A stretch of DNA of 64,000 nt. Origin: Felis catus. Lineage: Eukaryota. The stretch spans positions 102,798,001-102,862,000 of the forward strand of contig NC_058368.1 in NCBI RefSeq assembly GCF_018350175.1, given 5' to 3'. Of this stretch, positions 61,870 to 64,000 are shown piece after piece; position 1 is the first letter of the stretch, and each line of letters opens with the position of its first letter. The notes beneath the pieces were generated by a model. That model searched no databases, was not told the DNA's origin, and was given only the letters and a program-made list of their open reading frames with translations. The position numbers were made by a program, and so were the translations under genes.

Positions 61870-62050
61870 TTAAGTCAGTTCTACAACTTACTTGCTATAT
61901 AACCTGCAGCATTTTGCTCTCTGCCTCTCGATGTCTACACCTCTGGAGAGATAATACTGTATTCCTCAGAGGGTTGACACAAAGATGAAATATGTTAATT
62001 TATACTTGGCAGGTAAAAGTGCTCCATTAACTGTTTAGCATATTATTGCC
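61870..62050 (+). mobile_element. MIR
   Basis: CTCTCTGCCTC...GAGATAATA...CTCAGAGGGTTG...GTGCTCCATTAACTGTT. Confidence 0.55.
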
Positions 62051-62337
62051 TTTGAGAGGAATGTCAGGAAAACAGTTAGGAGGAAGGGATTGACAGAAAC
62101 GTAAAGCCCATAAAACAGGTTCCAAGTTAGATGTGGTTGAGGGTGATCTTGACAAGTTTAACTCTTCCACCATACAGATGGAGGCTTTAAAGTTTGGTTT
62201 CGTTGAGTTACAGAGAAACAGGAGAACTTTTTTCTGCACCCTGAGCCTTGTGAATCGTAATTGTGAAGTCTTTTGTGCAAGCTAGAAAATGCTGTTTTTA
62301 GAAAATACCCTCTTCTTTCCCAGTATTCTTTCTAAGA

Positions 62338-62558
62338 CTTTTTTTTTCAAAAAAATTTTTTTATGTTTTATTTATTTTCGAGAGAGAAAGCTAGAGCAAG
62401 AGTGGGGGTGGGACAGAGAGAGAGTGGGGGACGGAAGATCTGAAGCAGGCTCTGTGCTGACAGCAGCAAGCCCGATGTGGGGCTCGAACTCACAAACTGC
62501 GAGATCATGACCTGAGCCGAAGTTGGACCCTCAACGAACTGAACCACCCAGGTGCCCC
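62338..62558 (-). mobile_element. CanSINE
   Basis: Full body. Confidence 0.92.
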
Positions 62559-62565
62559 TAAAACA

Positions 62566-62789
62566 TTTTTTTTTAAGGTTTATTTATCTTTGAGAGAACG
62601 AGAGAAAGAGAGAAAGAGTGTGAGCGGGGAAGGGGCAGAGAGAGAGGGAGGGAGACACAGAATCTGAAGCAGGCTCCAGGCTCTGAGCTGCCAGGGCAGA
62701 GGCCGGCGCGGGGCTCGAACTCACTAATTGCAAGATCATGTCCTGAGTCGAAGGTGGACGCTTAACCGACTGAGCCACCCAGGTGCCCC
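62566..62789 (-). mobile_element. CanSINE
   Basis: Full body, in tandem with the previous one. Confidence 0.92.
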
Positions 62790-63506
62790 TCATCTTTTTT
62801 GGTATTCTGATACATGCTTGGCGTTTATACAATCTTACAAGGTTTTGTTCTGTTAAGGGAACAGGAACAGCACTCTTCTCAGGCCCCTACTGATAGCTAT
62901 ATTTTTATCACATTTCCTAACATTCCTCTTTACCATCTACTGAGTGAATTGATATTTAATTTCTGGTGGGAAAATGGTAGTTTCTTCATGGCATTATGCA
63001 TTCTCTCTGTTGTGTGATTTATTTAAGGTTTTAATACTATGACCGAGTGTTTAAGGCTTTGTTTCTTGATATGAAAACCCAAACGTTTAGCTCTTAGAGA
63101 AATCTTCCCCCTCTCAATCACTTGACCCTTGTAATTGAACACCGGAGCATCTGAGACTTTCTTTACTATGTATTTACAAACTGTACCCAGCCACTGAATT
63201 CACTTATTTTTTCTGAGGCATCTGTCCCCCATGTAAGGCAATCGGCTGTCACCTACGAATAGGCAGCATACTAATGGCAACAAGGATGGGAAAGAAAATT
63301 CCTAGATAGCGTCTCAAAATATGTCACCTAATATACATAAAATGTTCCAGATAGCTAAGAACTTAGGCATGTATTTTAGAAAACAATAAGTGTTGGTGAC
63401 TTGAACAGCGAAAATCAAAATCTTGATTCTTACATTCATTTGAGTTTGCTAAATTTAAGATACCTATGCCCATGGTTTCAATTTCTATTTTCTTTTTCTC
63501 TGGAAG

Positions 63507-63700
63507 TAGGGCCAGAAATAGGTCAAGGTGAATGAGGCCAGGGCAGCACTTGCCTACAAAATTTAGGAGGAACCCAAAAATTCAGTAATTAAAATAAGTC
63601 ATATTTTAAGGCAACTTAAAAAATATCAAAATTAAGGCAAAAAAATCCATGATGAACAAAACATCAAGTTTAAATAAAAACACCGCGAGTATTGTCAGCT
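63507..63700 (+). mobile_element. MER96B-like hAT-Tip100 fragment
   Basis: CAAAATTTAGGAGG...CCAAAAATTCAGTAAT...AAAAATCCATGATGAACAAAA matches recalled MER96B. Confidence 0.7.
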
Positions 63701-64000
63701 TTCTTCAACCTCTTTGTCCTATGAAATTAAGCAATTAAAGAATGTTTTCTTATGAGCTTTTCTACCTTCTTATTATTACATAACAAATACAACTTTTCTC
63801 CTCCTTTCTCCTTTCTCCCTCATCATGGAACACGTGGCCTGCCCTTGAAAAATGAGTGAAATCTTCACGGCTTCCCTACCACGCTGGCAAAAACACAACA
63901 AAACAAACAAAACTATTAATAGCATTTTAATACGGGGAGCCAGTGAGGCAGATAATATACTGGAGACAATCACGTGGACATTACATTAGTTCTTCGAAAC

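Noticed and set aside
1..64000. CRISPR-like repeat-spacer array or prokaryotic operon
   Set aside because: Sequence is mammalian; the dispersed ~200-bp repeats are SINEs at irregular spacing in both orientations, each with its own TSD

Overview
Mammalian non-coding DNA from a felid (cat-lineage) genome. The assignment rests on about 44 tRNA-Lys-derived carnivore SINEs (CanSINE/SINEC), a dozen of which belong to a young, CpG-intact felid-type subfamily with clean target-site duplications (TSDs). The rest is ancient eutherian repeats (L2, MIR, L1M, a probable L3/CR1 piece, MLT1/MLT2/LTR16/LTR40/LTR41/MER34/MER68-type LTRs, hAT and Tc1/mariner-type DNA elements), microsatellites and unique sequence. 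I cannot support any protein-coding gene, RNA gene or CRISPR array; the ORF track is explained by SINE-derived, microsatellite-derived and chance ORFs. The window is intergenic or deep intronic. The most notable items are a non-repetitive CpG-rich patch with a GC box/G4 and four CCAAT boxes (~14.5-15.0 kb), several nested or sequential transposon insertions, an intact MITE carrying paired CACGTG boxes, a solo ERV LTR with a 4-bp TSD and an unexplained 15-bp-period array. I found no convincing novel biological system. Repeat family names come from recalled consensus sequences, not a database search, and boundaries of old repeats are approximate.
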